A DNA stretch of 64,000 nt from an uncultured Verrucomicrobiae bacterium (GTDB lineage Bacteria; Verrucomicrobiota; Verrucomicrobiia; JADLBR01; CALLMV01), in the NCBI GenBank assembly GCA_938005615.1, contig CALLMV010000026.1, forward strand, positions 143-64,142, written 5' to 3'. How positions within the stretch are numbered: the first letter of the stretch is position 1; the number at the start of each line of letters is the position of its first letter. The notes beneath the pieces were generated by a model, which saw only the letters and a list, made by a program, of their open reading frames with translations, was not told the origin of the DNA and did not search any database. This document shows, in pieces, positions 27,702 through 37,193 of this stretch. The position numbers were made by a program, and so were the translations under genes.

Positions 27702-28019
27702 TTATTTGCTTTGAGGTTCTTTTCCGAGACGTCGTAAGTAATCAAAGCTGTAAAGGCCAGTACGGTGCCCGTCACTGAAAGTTATTTGCAGGGCGTAACC
27801 ACCGACGACTTGCCAGCCGATGATGCGGATGTCAGCAGATATCTGTTGAGTACGATGGGGTAGGAAGACTTTGCCAGTTAAATCACGCTCGCCGACATTC
27901 TCTGCGCTCGGAGAATTGCGTCTTAGAAATTCCGGTGTGAAGAAATCCTCGCGTCCATCCGCCCATCGTAAGGCCAAGTCGTTACCAATTAAATCCACAC
28001 GTTGCAGTACCGCGTTCAT
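27702..28019 (-). CDS. DUF971 domain protein (gamma-butyrobetaine hydroxylase-like N-terminal fold)
   Basis: 105 aa. The pattern L.L.W.DG....F....LR..SPSAE ... GGYALQITFSDGHRTGLYSFDYLRRLG is typical of DUF971. Confidence 0.8.
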   Translation of the reverse strand: MNAVLQRVDLIGNDLALRWADGREDFFTPEFLRRNSPSAENVGERDLTGKVFLPHRTQQISADIRIIGWQVVGGYALQITFSDGHRTGLYSFDYLRRLGKEPQSK

Positions 28020-28073
28020 CGTTATTTAATAGTCATAGTTTGCACATTGCAAAGGGTGTGGCAAACTTGTGTT

Positions 28074-28481
28074 ATGCTTAAGTATGTAAAGACGTGTTTG
28101 TTGATTCCGCTTTTATTACTAATTACAGCATGCGGGACGAACACTGCCAGACGCGATGCTCTCCTCGCAGAAATGCGGGCGGCTAATGCCCCGCTGCAAG
28201 TGGTCGGCAAAGTGCAGGCTCTGAGACCTTTGGATTTTGCTGACTTAACTGCTCTGCGCAAATCTGAAGTGCGGGAGCAAGTGATTGCCGATTATATCGA
28301 CTTGACGCGTACTCATTACATTTTGACTTTCGAGCTGGTGAATCGCCTCAGCCGTGATGGATTTTCTAAAGAGTTTATCGACTTTTTGTTGGCCACTCCG
28401 ATACTTTATCCACAGGTGATTCGGATTATTGATTCCTACCCAGTGTACTACCCCGTGTTTGTGCCGGTGCGTAAAAAGTAA
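28074..28481 (+). CDS. hypothetical lipoprotein
   Basis: From the ATG at 28074: MLKYVKTCLLIPLLLLITACGTN, with a lipobox (LITAC). I recognise no family. Confidence 0.55.
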   Translation: MLKYVKTCLLIPLLLLITACGTNTARRDALLAEMRAANAPLQVVGKVQALRPLDFADLTALRKSEVREQVIADYIDLTRTHYILTFELVNRLSRDGFSKEFIDFLLATPILYPQVIRIIDSYPVYYPVFVPVRKK

Positions 28482-28514
28482 CACAGGGGAGAAAAATCAA
28501 GTAGCGGAATTTGT

Positions 28515-29108
28515 TCACGCGTGGTCTGAGACAGGTGTGCATTCACGCTTGTCTTGGCCAATTATGACTGCACGTAGTAAGCGAAAAAATATCAAAAAGA
28601 AAATGTCCCCTGCTAAAGAGTTGGTAAAAAACATCCAGGTTGGCGGATAACCTGGCAGTCCCGTCGTAAGTGCCTGGACCCATCCAGCGAGTGTCTGCTG
28701 GTACAGTGGGTTGCCCAGCCAGCTCAGCGTGTTGCTGGCCAGGTAAAAAAGCAAAGATGCCGTGATGCCGCCTCCCAGCATTGTAGGCCAACTGGCATTT
28801 GGCCCCAGCAACCTGCCCAGCCACCAAACGGCAGCGTAACATGCGAGGCTCATAACAGTAAACCAAGTGATGATTTCTGCTCCGTAGCGCAGATTCAGAA
28901 AAATATCTGCGGCAATCACCATCCCGAGAATAATGAGAAGGCCCGTTGTCGGGGCAAACCATAATCCCACGGCCAAGGCGAGTGCCATGGTGGGGGAAAA
29001 ATTGGCTGGCAATCCAAGGTCTGGTCCCAAGACGCGCCAGAGGATGGCCATCAGAGTAAACACTACAAGTAATATTGCTGACTTTTGCGAGTGTTGTTGG
29101 GAGTGCAC
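28515..29108 (-). CDS. multi-pass membrane protein (DUF6580-like putative transporter component)
   Basis: 197 aa with 5-6 hydrophobic helices. The N-terminal NFSPTMALALAVG resembles the DUF6580 family as I recall it. The overlapping 200-aa ORF in another frame (28543-29145) is Arg/Cys-rich and looks spurious. Confidence 0.55.
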   Translation of the reverse strand: MHSQQHSQKSAILLVVFTLMAILWRVLGPDLGLPANFSPTMALALAVGLWFAPTTGLLIILGMVIAADIFLNLRYGAEIITWFTVMSLACYAAVWWLGRLLGPNASWPTMLGGGITASLLFYLASNTLSWLGNPLYQQTLAGWVQALTTGLPGYPPTWMFFTNSLAGDIFFLIFFRLLRAVIIGQDKRECTPVSDHA

Positions 29109-29197
29109 CGGTTAAGTATCTCATCATTCTGCAAAGTGATGTCAAGTCGCGTAGGGCGAAGCAGATTCACATGTTGGGTTGATGAGTTGCGCCGCAA

Positions 29198-30238
29198 ATG
29201 CGTTGCGTCAGATCTGTAATTTTGCGATATTCAGGCGTGGCTATAAAAAGATGTGCGTTTTTTGTGTGGCTCCTCTGTATGGGATGGCTTTCGTGTTTGG
29301 AGGCGCAGATATCTCTACGCATTGTGGCTACTGAGAAGGGATACATGCGCTGGTCTCCGACTTTGATTGGCGTGGAGGTTTTGAACGTAGGAGGCGGACC
29401 GTTGTTTCTGCAAAGTTATGAGGGGCGGAGTTGGCTTCGTTTTTTGGTGCGCAGAGGGAATCTTTCCAACCCCGGATTGATGGTGCGGCAGGTTCAGGAA
29501 TTCGAGCAGCCTGACCTGGCTCTGGAGCCTGGGGAGACCGCGCGATTTCGATTTGACTTAACGCCCTTTTACAGCATTCGCGAACTGGGGCCCTACGTGG
29601 TCCAGGCTGTGGTGCGCCTGCCGGGCGCAGAGGATGCTGAAGTCGTATCTGATCCGATCGAGATCAGCGTGGTGCCGGGCCGTGTGATTTGGACGGGAGA
29701 CTTTGGAGGAGGTACGATTACCAAACGTCGAATGTCGTTGCTACGGCACATTTCTGGTGCAGAGGAGCGGCTCTATGCGCAGATCGAGGCACCTGAAGAG
29801 GGTTTGGTGTATTTGTGCCGTCCAATTGGTCGTCTAACACTAGGGATAGCACCGCAGTCAGCGATTGATGCCTTGGGCAACTGGTCGATTTTGTTTCGTA
29901 GCGGGCAGCGGACTTTTGATTACTATGAGTTTGGCCCCAACGGAGAGTTACTCCAACAAGAACAGCTCGTGCAAGTGACCACTCCTCCTCGGCTGGTTGG
30001 TGGACCAGGTGGTTATAGTGTAGTGGGTGGAGAGAAGCCCTCGGCCTTAAAAGAGGATACCCTCCGCTCGACACAGCCAGGGCTGGCAGGGGTAACGGAA
30101 AGCTCTGCGCTGCCTCAACAAGACTCGATATCCGAAGTGGGAGCTGCGCGCATGTCAGAGCGTCCGATTCGTGATAAACCATCACCGCGTTCCTCAGAAT
30201 CGGCAGATGGCCCGCGGGTGCGGCGAAATAGAAGCTAA
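29198..30238 (+). CDS. hypothetical secreted protein
   Basis: Hydrophobic signal-like segment (CAFFVWLLCMGWLSCLEAQ), a beta-rich body and a low-complexity basic tail. No family recognised. Confidence 0.5.
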   Translation: MRCVRSVILRYSGVAIKRCAFFVWLLCMGWLSCLEAQISLRIVATEKGYMRWSPTLIGVEVLNVGGGPLFLQSYEGRSWLRFLVRRGNLSNPGLMVRQVQEFEQPDLALEPGETARFRFDLTPFYSIRELGPYVVQAVVRLPGAEDAEVVSDPIEISVVPGRVIWTGDFGGGTITKRRMSLLRHISGAEERLYAQIEAPEEGLVYLCRPIGRLTLGIAPQSAIDALGNWSILFRSGQRTFDYYEFGPNGELLQQEQLVQVTTPPRLVGGPGGYSVVGGEKPSALKEDTLRSTQPGLAGVTESSALPQQDSISEVGAARMSERPIRDKPSPRSSESADGPRVRRNRS

Positions 30239-30306
30239 AACCCCAGCAGCTGTTGCATGTGAGGCTTTTTCCATTTAGCTGGGCGTGCCAGGATACTTTT
30301 TCTGTT

Positions 30307-31731
30307 TTACATCGTGGATGCCGTGCTCTGCTTTTTTGTTTTGGGAGGCAGCAGAGCACGTGCAAAGCGCTGGCCAAAGCCGGCTATATGGGCGGGGAAG
30401 GCCGCTAAACTTTGAAGCGATTCATCTAACGCGTGGACAAATTTTGCGATGTCTGTTTCGTCGCAGACAAGGGGTGGAAGGATTTTTAGCGTGTCCATCC
30501 CGTGGCCAGCTACCTGAGTCAGGATGCGGTGTTTGCGCATCATGCGCGTGACGACGAGCTGGGTGAAGAGGGCGCGATCCAGGGCATGGATGGCATCCCA
30601 ACCAATGCGGCTCCAGACATTCGGCCCTGGTGCGAAGTCTATGGCACACATCAGGCCCTTGACGCGGACGGCTTTAATCAAGGGTTGATGTTTTTGTAGT
30701 TCGTGAAGGCTTTCTTCTAGCATTTGGCCGAGGATGGCGGCGCGGCTGGGGAGTTTCTCCTCTTCCAGGACGTGCAGGGTGGCCAATGCAGCAGCGGCGG
30801 CAAGGTTGTTGCGGCCGAAACTGGTGGAGTGGACCACGCAGCGGTCTAGCCGCGAGAAGAGGCCTTGGTAGATGGAACGACGGGTGATCATGGCAGCGCA
30901 GGGCACAAAGCCGCCGGAGAGAGTTTTGGCTAGGGTGATGATGTCAGGCTCCAGGTGCCAGTGTTCAAAGGCAAACCAAGTACCAGTGCGACCAAGGCCT
31001 GTTTGTACTTCGTCGCAAATCAGCAAGGTGCCGTATTTGCGGCAGAGGGCTTGGGCTTGGGAGTAAAAGTCGTCGGTGGGGAAGTGGACGCCTTTGCCTT
31101 GGACGGGTTCGATGATGAGGGCGGCAACGTCGCGACGGCACAGTTCGCGCTCCAACGCGGTGAGGTCGCCCATTTTTACCGCGCTGCAGCCTTGCAGCAG
31201 CGGTTCAAAGCCTTCGCGAAAGGATGGGCAGCCCATAACGCTAAGGCTGCCATATGTGAGGCCGTGCCAGGAGCCAGCAAGGTGCAGATAGCGAGGACGG
31301 CCAGTGGACGCGCGGGCGAATTTGAGGGCGGCTTCGACGCTTTCGGTTCCAGAGTTGCACAGAAAGACGGAGTCAAGGTGCGGGGCGCCTTGGGCAGCCA
31401 GGCGCTGGCAGAGTTTTTCGGCGAGAACGCCGGCCAGCAGTGCGCAGTCCATCTGTACCATGTTGGGGGCGTCTAGGTCGATGGCTTGGTGGAGGGCTTG
31501 CTTAACGACAGGGTGGTTGCGGCCGATGTTGAACACGCCGAAGCCGGAGAGAAAATCGAGGTAGTCGAGACCCTCGCGGTCGTAGAGACGACAGCCCTGG
31601 GCGCGTTCGTAAATAATGTCCATGCCGATCGTGCGCTGGACTTGGACGAGAGTGCGGTTGAGGTAACGGTGGTGGAGCACGTAGTTTTCGCCCAGGCGGG
31701 CGCGATAGAGATTTTTTATGTCAAAGGGCAT
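30307..31731 (-). CDS. class-III pyridoxal-phosphate-dependent aminotransferase (acetylornithine/GABA/putrescine aminotransferase family)
   Basis: NSGTESVEAALKFAR, LICDEVQTGLGRTGTWFAFEHW, PDIITLAKTLSGG (PLP lysine). Substrate cannot be assigned from sequence. Confidence 0.85.
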   Translation of the reverse strand: MPFDIKNLYRARLGENYVLHHRYLNRTLVQVQRTIGMDIIYERAQGCRLYDREGLDYLDFLSGFGVFNIGRNHPVVKQALHQAIDLDAPNMVQMDCALLAGVLAEKLCQRLAAQGAPHLDSVFLCNSGTESVEAALKFARASTGRPRYLHLAGSWHGLTYGSLSVMGCPSFREGFEPLLQGCSAVKMGDLTALERELCRRDVAALIIEPVQGKGVHFPTDDFYSQAQALCRKYGTLLICDEVQTGLGRTGTWFAFEHWHLEPDIITLAKTLSGGFVPCAAMITRRSIYQGLFSRLDRCVVHSTSFGRNNLAAAAALATLHVLEEEKLPSRAAILGQMLEESLHELQKHQPLIKAVRVKGLMCAIDFAPGPNVWSRIGWDAIHALDRALFTQLVVTRMMRKHRILTQVAGHGMDTLKILPPLVCDETDIAKFVHALDESLQSLAAFPAHIAGFGQRFARALLPPKTKKQSTASTM

Positions 31732-31875
31732 CAGATATGTTTATTAGGAAGAGGGGTTTTGTCCAGTAATGGATTACGGGCCGATCTCATGGGATTAAGC
31801 ACACTTAGTATGCGGGGTAGTCGGGAAAGATTTCTCGCTGGACGAGCGGCCTTACCCCGGGTGTGATGGGATGTA

Positions 31876-32577
31876 ATGAGCAGTGGTGCGAGGAACCCGA
31901 TTATCGTGGCGCTGGATTTTGATGATTCGGAGGCTGCTCTGCGCTGTGCGCGTTCAGTGCAAGGTGCGGTAGGGATGTTCAAGGTGGGTTTGGAGTTGTT
32001 TTGCCGGACGGGGCCGGAATTTGTGCGACGTTTAGCGCAGGAGTGCGGGCCGGTATTTTTGGATTTGAAGTTTCATGATATTCCAAACACGGTGGCTGGT
32101 GCCGTGCGTTCGGTGTGCTTGCCTGGAGTGGAGTTGATCACTGTGCACGCCGGGGGTGGTGAAGAAATGCTGAGGGCTGCCGTGGAAGCGGCGCAGGGGC
32201 GAGTGCGTGTGCTGGGGGTGACGGTGTTGACGAGTCTGGACAGGGCAGACTTGCTTGCGGTGGGCGTGGATGCGGAGGTGTGCGACCAGGTGTTGCGTTT
32301 GGTGGCCTTAGGGGTGCAGTGCGGTTTGGATGGGTTTGTTTGCTCACCCACAGAAGTTAGCCTTGTGCGTGCGGCTGCTGGGAAGAGCAAAGTCCTCGTG
32401 ACTCCGGGCGTGAGGCCTGCGGGGGGACAGTTGGGTGATCAAAAGCGGACGGCCACTGCTGGCGAGGCGATGGCGGCTGGGGCTGATTTTTTGGTAATTG
32501 GCCGGCCAATCACGCGGGCGGCTGACCCCTTGGCTGTTGTGCGGGAGATTTTGACTGAGGTGGTTCGCGGGGTGTGA
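31876..32577 (+). CDS. pyrF: orotidine 5'-phosphate decarboxylase
   Basis: IIVALDF, FKVGLELF, FLDLKFHDIPNT, LTVHAGGG, VLTS, LVIGRPI. Confidence 0.9.
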   Translation: MSSGARNPIIVALDFDDSEAALRCARSVQGAVGMFKVGLELFCRTGPEFVRRLAQECGPVFLDLKFHDIPNTVAGAVRSVCLPGVELITVHAGGGEEMLRAAVEAAQGRVRVLGVTVLTSLDRADLLAVGVDAEVCDQVLRLVALGVQCGLDGFVCSPTEVSLVRAAAGKSKVLVTPGVRPAGGQLGDQKRTATAGEAMAAGADFLVIGRPITRAADPLAVVREILTEVVRGV

Positions 32578-32585
32578 GCTGCGAA

Positions 32586-32891
32586 TCAGCGGCAGGGTAA
32601 ATGTTGGAGAAGCGTTGTGAGGCTAGCTCCTGAGATTATGGCGGTTTTGTGCGGGGAGGCGGTGCCGGCGGTGATGGTGATGGCGGATTCGCGGAGGTGA
32701 AGGGTTTGGGCGAGCAGGTGGATGATGGCGAGGTTGGCCTGGCCAGCCTGTGCTGGGGCGGTGACGCGGATTTTGAGCGCGTCGCCGAGCCAGCCGGAGA
32801 TTTCGTCGCGGGAGGCACCGGGGACGGCTTTGATTTTGAGTGTCTAAGTCGGAGGTGTGGCGGGCGGGTTATGGGACGAGGCTTTGGCCAT
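32586..32891 (-). pseudogene. DUF167/YggU family gene interrupted by one in-frame TAG (codon 16)
   Basis: Hand translation gives MAKASSHNPPATPPT*TLKIKAVPGASRDEISGWLGDALKIRVTAPAQAGQANLAIIHLLAQTLHLRESAITITAGTASPHKTAIISGASLTTLLQHLPCR. The core (L.I.V.PGA.RD.I.G...D.LK..V.APP..G.AN) is the YggU pattern. The TAG is the complement of 32844-32846. There is no ATG, GTG or TTG in frame after it, which is why the ORF track misses it. Confidence 0.6.
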
Positions 32892-32902
32892 CGGGGGAGG
32901 GG

Positions 32903-35527
32903 TTAGGTGACGAGGTTAACGAGTTTGTCGGGCACGACGATGATTTTTTTGGGGGAGGCGCCGGCGAGGAGTTTGCGCACGGTGTCGTGGACGAGGACGC
33001 GGCTGGTGATGGAGTCGCGACCCAGGCCGCGGGGCAGGTCGAGGTGGCCGCGGACTTTGCCGTTGATTTGGATGACGATCTGGACGGTGTCGTCGGTGAG
33101 CCAACGGGTGTCGGGCTGGGGCCAGGGGTGGCTGGCGAGGGAGGTGGTGTGGCCGAGGAGTTGCCAGAATTCTTCGGCGATGTGCGGAGCGAATGGGGAG
33201 AGGATGAGGGTGAAGATTTCGGCGTGCGTGCGGGGCAGGGGGGCGCCTGTGGCAGTGTGTTTGGTGTAGTGGTTGACCCATTCCATGAGGGCACTGAGGG
33301 CGGTGTTGAAGCGGAGGGCTTCGATGTCGTCGGTGACTTTTTTGAGTGTGCGGTGGGTGATTTTTTGGCAGTCGGCGGGCGGGTCGGGGATGTCGCGGAT
33401 GTGGTCGGCGAGGCGGTAGTGGAGTTCGTTGTGCGGGTCGGTGTGAACGATGAGGCGCCAGGCGCGGGCGAGGAAGCGGTGGATGCCTTCGACGCCAGCG
33501 GTGCTCCAGGGTTTGGTTTGCTCCAGAGGGCCCATGAACATTTCGAAGCAGCGGAGGGAGTCGGCGCCGTAGTGGCGGATGACGTCGTCGGGATTGATGA
33601 CGTTGCCGAGGGATTTAGACATTTTTTGGCCGTCTTCGCCAAGGATGAGGCCTTGGTTGACGAGGCGCTGGAAGGGCTCGGGGGTGGAGAGGTGGCCGAG
33701 GTCGTAAAGGACTTTGTGCCAGAATCGTGCGTAGAGGAGGTGGAGGACGGCGTGTTCGGTGCCGCCGATGTAGAGGTCCACGCCGCCGGGGGTGCCAGAG
33801 GAGGCGAGCCAGTAGCGTTCTTTTTCCGGATCGAGAAAGGCGCGGTCGTTGTGGGGGTCGAGGTAGCGGAGGTAATACCAGCAGGAGCCGGCCCATTGGG
33901 GCATGGTGTTGGTCTCGCGGGTGTAGCCGGGGACTTCGCGGAGCCAGTCGGTGGCTTTGGCGAGGGGGCCGCGGGGGTCGCCGGTGGGGCGGAAGTCGTC
34001 GAGCTCGGGCTGGAGGAGGGGGAGTTGGTCTTCGGGGAGGGGATGGTGTTGGCCTTGGGCGTCCCAGAGGATGGGGAAGGGTTCGCCCCAGTAGCGTTGG
34101 CGGGAGAAGAGCCAATCGCGGAGTTTGTATTGGGTGCGTGGCTGGCCTTTGCCGTGGTCTTGGAGCCAGCGGGTGATGGTTTCTTTAGCCTGGGGTGTGG
34201 GGAGGCCGTCGAGGAATTGGGAGTTGATGGCGATGCCGTCGTCTTCGAAGGGGAGGGGGAAGTCGTTGTTGGGTGAAGTGCTCGATGGGGCGACGACGGG
34301 GAGGATGGGGAGGTGGTATTTGGTGGCGAAGGCGTGGTCGCGCGCGTCGTGGGCGGGGACGGCCATGATGGCACCAGTGCCGTAGCCCATGAGGACGTAG
34401 TCGGCTATCCAGAGGGGAATGGGAGCTCCGGTGACGGGGTGAAGGGCATGCGTGCCGAGGGGGACGCCGGTTTTTTCTTTGGCGAGGTCGGTGCGTTCCA
34501 GGTCGGTCTTGCGGGCGCAAGCTTCGCGGTAGGCGGTGACGGCCGGGCGCTGGTCCGGGGTGGTGAGTTGATCAACAAGGGGGTGTTCGGGGGAGAGGAC
34601 CATGTAAGTGACGCCAAAGAGCGTGTCGGGACGGGTGGTGAAGACGGTGAGGGTGTGGCCGCCGGGGAGGGGGAAGTGGATGTCGGCGCCTTGGCTGCGG
34701 CCAATCCAGTTGCGTTGGAGGAGTTTGATGGATTCGGGCCAGTCGAGTTGATCGAGGTCGCTCAAAAGGCGTTCGGCGTAGGCGGTGATGCGGAGCATCC
34801 ATTGTTTGAGGGGGCGGCGGATGACTTCGTGGCCTTTGGCGCGCCATTCTTCGACTTCTTCGTTGGCGAGGACGGTGCCGAGGTCGGGGGACCAGTTGAC
34901 GGTGGCTTCGGCAACGTAAGCAAGGCGGCGGGCGTCGATTTCCTGACGGGAGAGGCCGGCTTGTTGGAGTTCGGAGATGGGGCGGGCGCGTTGGGTTTTT
35001 TCGCAGAAGTAGGAGTTGTAGATTTGGAGGAAGATCCATTGGGTCCAGCGGACGTAGGTGGGGTCGGTGGTGTTGATTTCGCGGTTCCAATCGTAGGAGA
35101 AGCCGAGGGCTTGGAGTTGGGTGCGGAAGGTGGCGATGTTGTGTTCGGTGGTGATGCGGGGGTGTTGGCCAGTCTTGATGGCGTATTGCTCGGCGGGCAG
35201 GCCAAAGGCGTCCCAGCCCATGGGGTGGAGGACGTTTTTGCCGAGCATGCGATGGTAGCGGGCAAGGATGTCGGTGGCGGTGTAGCCTTCGGGGTGGCCG
35301 ACGTGGAGGCCAGCTCCGGAGGGGTAGGGGAACATGTCGAGGATGTAGTATTTTGGGTGGGTAGGGTCGAAGCCAGGGTCGCCTGGGCCGGGGGTGCGAA
35401 ATGTGGCGTGTTGTTGCCAGTAGGCCTGCCATTTGGGTTCGATGGTCGGGAAGGGGTAGGCGCGGCGGGCAGGGATGTTTGGCGGGGGGTTCTCTGAAAT
35501 AGGCGCGGATTGTGTAGTGTCGGGCAT
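32903..35527 (-). CDS. leuS: leucine--tRNA ligase
   Basis: 874 aa from the ATG at 35527. Motifs: [16 protein letters not shown] (HIGH), the CP1 editing region, QKMSKSLGN (KMSKS), and a typical LeuS C-terminal domain. Confidence 0.95.
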   Translation of the reverse strand: MPDTTQSAPISENPPPNIPARRAYPFPTIEPKWQAYWQQHATFRTPGPGDPGFDPTHPKYYILDMFPYPSGAGLHVGHPEGYTATDILARYHRMLGKNVLHPMGWDAFGLPAEQYAIKTGQHPRITTEHNIATFRTQLQALGFSYDWNREINTTDPTYVRWTQWIFLQIYNSYFCEKTQRARPISELQQAGLSRQEIDARRLAYVAEATVNWSPDLGTVLANEEVEEWRAKGHEVIRRPLKQWMLRITAYAERLLSDLDQLDWPESIKLLQRNWIGRSQGADIHFPLPGGHTLTVFTTRPDTLFGVTYMVLSPEHPLVDQLTTPDQRPAVTAYREACARKTDLERTDLAKEKTGVPLGTHALHPVTGAPIPLWIADYVLMGYGTGAIMAVPAHDARDHAFATKYHLPILPVVAPSSTSPNNDFPLPFEDDGIAINSQFLDGLPTPQAKETITRWLQDHGKGQPRTQYKLRDWLFSRQRYWGEPFPILWDAQGQHHPLPEDQLPLLQPELDDFRPTGDPRGPLAKATDWLREVPGYTRETNTMPQWAGSCWYYLRYLDPHNDRAFLDPEKERYWLASSGTPGGVDLYIGGTEHAVLHLLYARFWHKVLYDLGHLSTPEPFQRLVNQGLILGEDGQKMSKSLGNVINPDDVIRHYGADSLRCFEMFMGPLEQTKPWSTAGVEGIHRFLARAWRLIVHTDPHNELHYRLADHIRDIPDPPADCQKITHRTLKKVTDDIEALRFNTALSALMEWVNHYTKHTATGAPLPRTHAEIFTLILSPFAPHIAEEFWQLLGHTTSLASHPWPQPDTRWLTDDTVQIVIQINGKVRGHLDLPRGLGRDSITSRVLVHDTVRKLLAGASPKKIIVVPDKLVNLVT

Positions 35528-35626
35528 GGTATTTTTCGTTGTGGGTATGGTGTTATGAAAAATTGGGCTGCGTTGCAACAGGGGAGCGCGTTTAGAGAGC
35601 TAAGCGGGGGCTAGGAGGTGGACTTT

Positions 35627-36592
35627 TTAAGGGGGTGTGGGCCCGCGATCAAGAGGGCGTGCGACCATGATGCCGGCGTGGGTGGTGTAGAAGTTAAGGT
35701 AGTCGCTGAGGCGGGTGTCGAGCACAACGCGGCCGTGATTTTTGGAGGCGTGGAGGAAGCGAAGCGTGCCGCGGGAGTCGCGGTAGGCGAGGCCGATGTG
35801 GGAGCAGTGTTCGCCGCGGATGTGGGTGGTGATGGCGATGATGTCGCCGGTTTGCAGGCGAGGTTCGATAGCGGCAACGCGATCTTTGGGGATGTGGTGG
35901 ACGGGAAGGGCTTGGATGCGTTGTTCGATGAGGCGCATTTGGGGAACGAGGCCGGGGTTGTTGCGCAAGTAGGGGTAGATGTGTGGGGCGGAGGACATGG
36001 CGTTGATTTCTTTGAACCAAGGAACGCCACCGAGTTCGCGGGTGATGTCGCGGGCGACGCCTTTACGTTCGGCTTCGACCCACCATTCGGCGAGGTAATG
36101 GATGCGGGAGAGGTAGGAGCCGTCGCAGCGGCCGCCGCGGTAGCGGAGGAATTCGATCTCGCGAAGGAGGTCTGCGGGTTGCCAGGGGCGGGGGTTGTGT
36201 TTGGCGAGTTGGGCCAAGCCGAGGGCGATTTCGAAGAGTGTCCAGCAGTCTACGGCTTCCAGGTTGACGCTGGCGGCTTCGATGGAGTCGTGGATTTCGA
36301 GTGTCCAGTTTTTGTAGGGGGTGTTGAGTAGTGCCATACCTGCCGCGGCTGTGGCCTCGGGCATGGGCATGCGGTTCCAACGCTCTGTGCGTGCGCGGGC
36401 TTGCACGCGGGGGAGGCGCTCAGCTCCGATGAAGACTGTCTCCAGGGGGAGTCTGCCGGGATTACCTGGAAGGGTTGATGTGGATCTTTGGGCTTGAGTG
36501 GGTGGTGTAGTTTGGCAGGAGCTAGGTAAAAGGATTATCAAGAGAATTTTCGCAGCGGCATTGATCAGGTATCTGAAGCGCATGTTTAACAA
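35627..36592 (-). CDS. DUF1460 domain lipoprotein (amidase-like fold)
   Basis: Lipobox LLPSSC. Central AVDCWTLFEIALGLA and HIGLAYRD...LRFLHAS segments match my recollection of DUF1460. Confidence 0.65.
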   Translation of the reverse strand: MLNMRFRYLINAAAKILLIILLPSSCQTTPPTQAQRSTSTLPGNPGRLPLETVFIGAERLPRVQARARTERWNRMPMPEATAAAGMALLNTPYKNWTLEIHDSIEAASVNLEAVDCWTLFEIALGLAQLAKHNPRPWQPADLLREIEFLRYRGGRCDGSYLSRIHYLAEWWVEAERKGVARDITRELGGVPWFKEINAMSSAPHIYPYLRNNPGLVPQMRLIEQRIQALPVHHIPKDRVAAIEPRLQTGDIIAITTHIRGEHCSHIGLAYRDSRGTLRFLHASKNHGRVVLDTRLSDYLNFYTTHAGIMVARPLDRGPTPP

Positions 36593-36638
36593 CGCTTATT
36601 AGAGGTTGGGTTAGTGTTGTTTAAAAAAATGCAAAAGT

Positions 36639-37062
36639 TCATTCCCGGAAGAAAGACTTGGACTCGAGTAGGGCGTTTCCGAAGTTGAGCAATAATCCAC
36701 AGGAAGCGCCGGCAACGTTCAGGTGATTGATGAGGAGACGTTCGTTTTGCTCAGTGATTCTATTTTGTGCGCGCACTTCGACCATGATTTCACCTGCCAC
36801 AAAGATGTCCGCAACGAAATCACCTACCACGACGCTGTCATACATGACCTGCATCCGTTTGTTGACCTCGACGTGCAACCCCTGCTTACGTAACTCATGT
36901 GTCAATGATTTGTGGTACACACCTTTAACAAAGCCTGGTCCGATAATTAAAGATTTGAGCCGCCATGCGAACAATACTTTTTATCAAAGCATCTGGGGAA
37001 GAATTTAGGTCGGTGTTTTCTTGAGCAAGCGTTTGAGGCTTTGTTGCTGTTGCTTCTAACAT
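36639..37062 (-). pseudogene. GxxExxY protein (PD-(D/E)XK-like family) with an apparent 1-nt frameshift
   Basis: The C-terminal 111 aa (36639-36974) read IIGPGFVKGVYHKSLTHELRKQGLHVEV...GLLLNFGNALLESK, as in GxxExxY proteins. The missing N-terminus (MLEATATKPQ...DALIKSIVRMAAQIFNY) is encoded from the ATG at 37062 in another frame and stops at ...RTRLC*. The frames meet near 36940-36946. Confidence 0.6.
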
Positions 37063-37193
37063 ACAATTTATTATGTAGCGATAAAAACAACTGCCAAACG
37101 AATTCTTAAAGTTAGGTCTACTAGATAGTTGTATTTGAGAATCTCAATCGAACTTCACTTGTACTTTGATAGTCAAGCTTCCAGTGTGGGCAA

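Noticed and set aside
28406-28414. A perfect DnaA-box nonamer TTATCCACA, about 0.7 kb from the AT-rich island, raising the idea of an origin of replication.
   Set aside because: It is a single box, located inside a coding region. I found no cluster of additional boxes (the nearest look-alike has 2 mismatches), no dnaA or dnaN nearby, and the AT-rich island does not coincide with a clear skew switch. One 9-mer match in 128 kb of two-strand sequence is roughly a coin-flip by chance.
32840-35497. Very long ORFs overlapping leuS in other frames and on the opposite strand: 478 aa (+) at 32840-34276, 501 aa (-) at 32869-34374, 394 aa (+) at 34313-35497, and several of 110-290 aa.
   Set aside because: Their products are low-complexity (G/V/E/A/D-rich or P/S/T/R-rich) with no recognisable motifs. 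The LeuS frame carries all the class-I synthetase signatures. High GC and strong G/C skew deplete stop codons, so these are shadow ORFs. The same applies to 35618-36331 (+) opposite the DUF1460 gene, and to 30955-31476 and 31486-31866 (+) opposite the aminotransferase gene.
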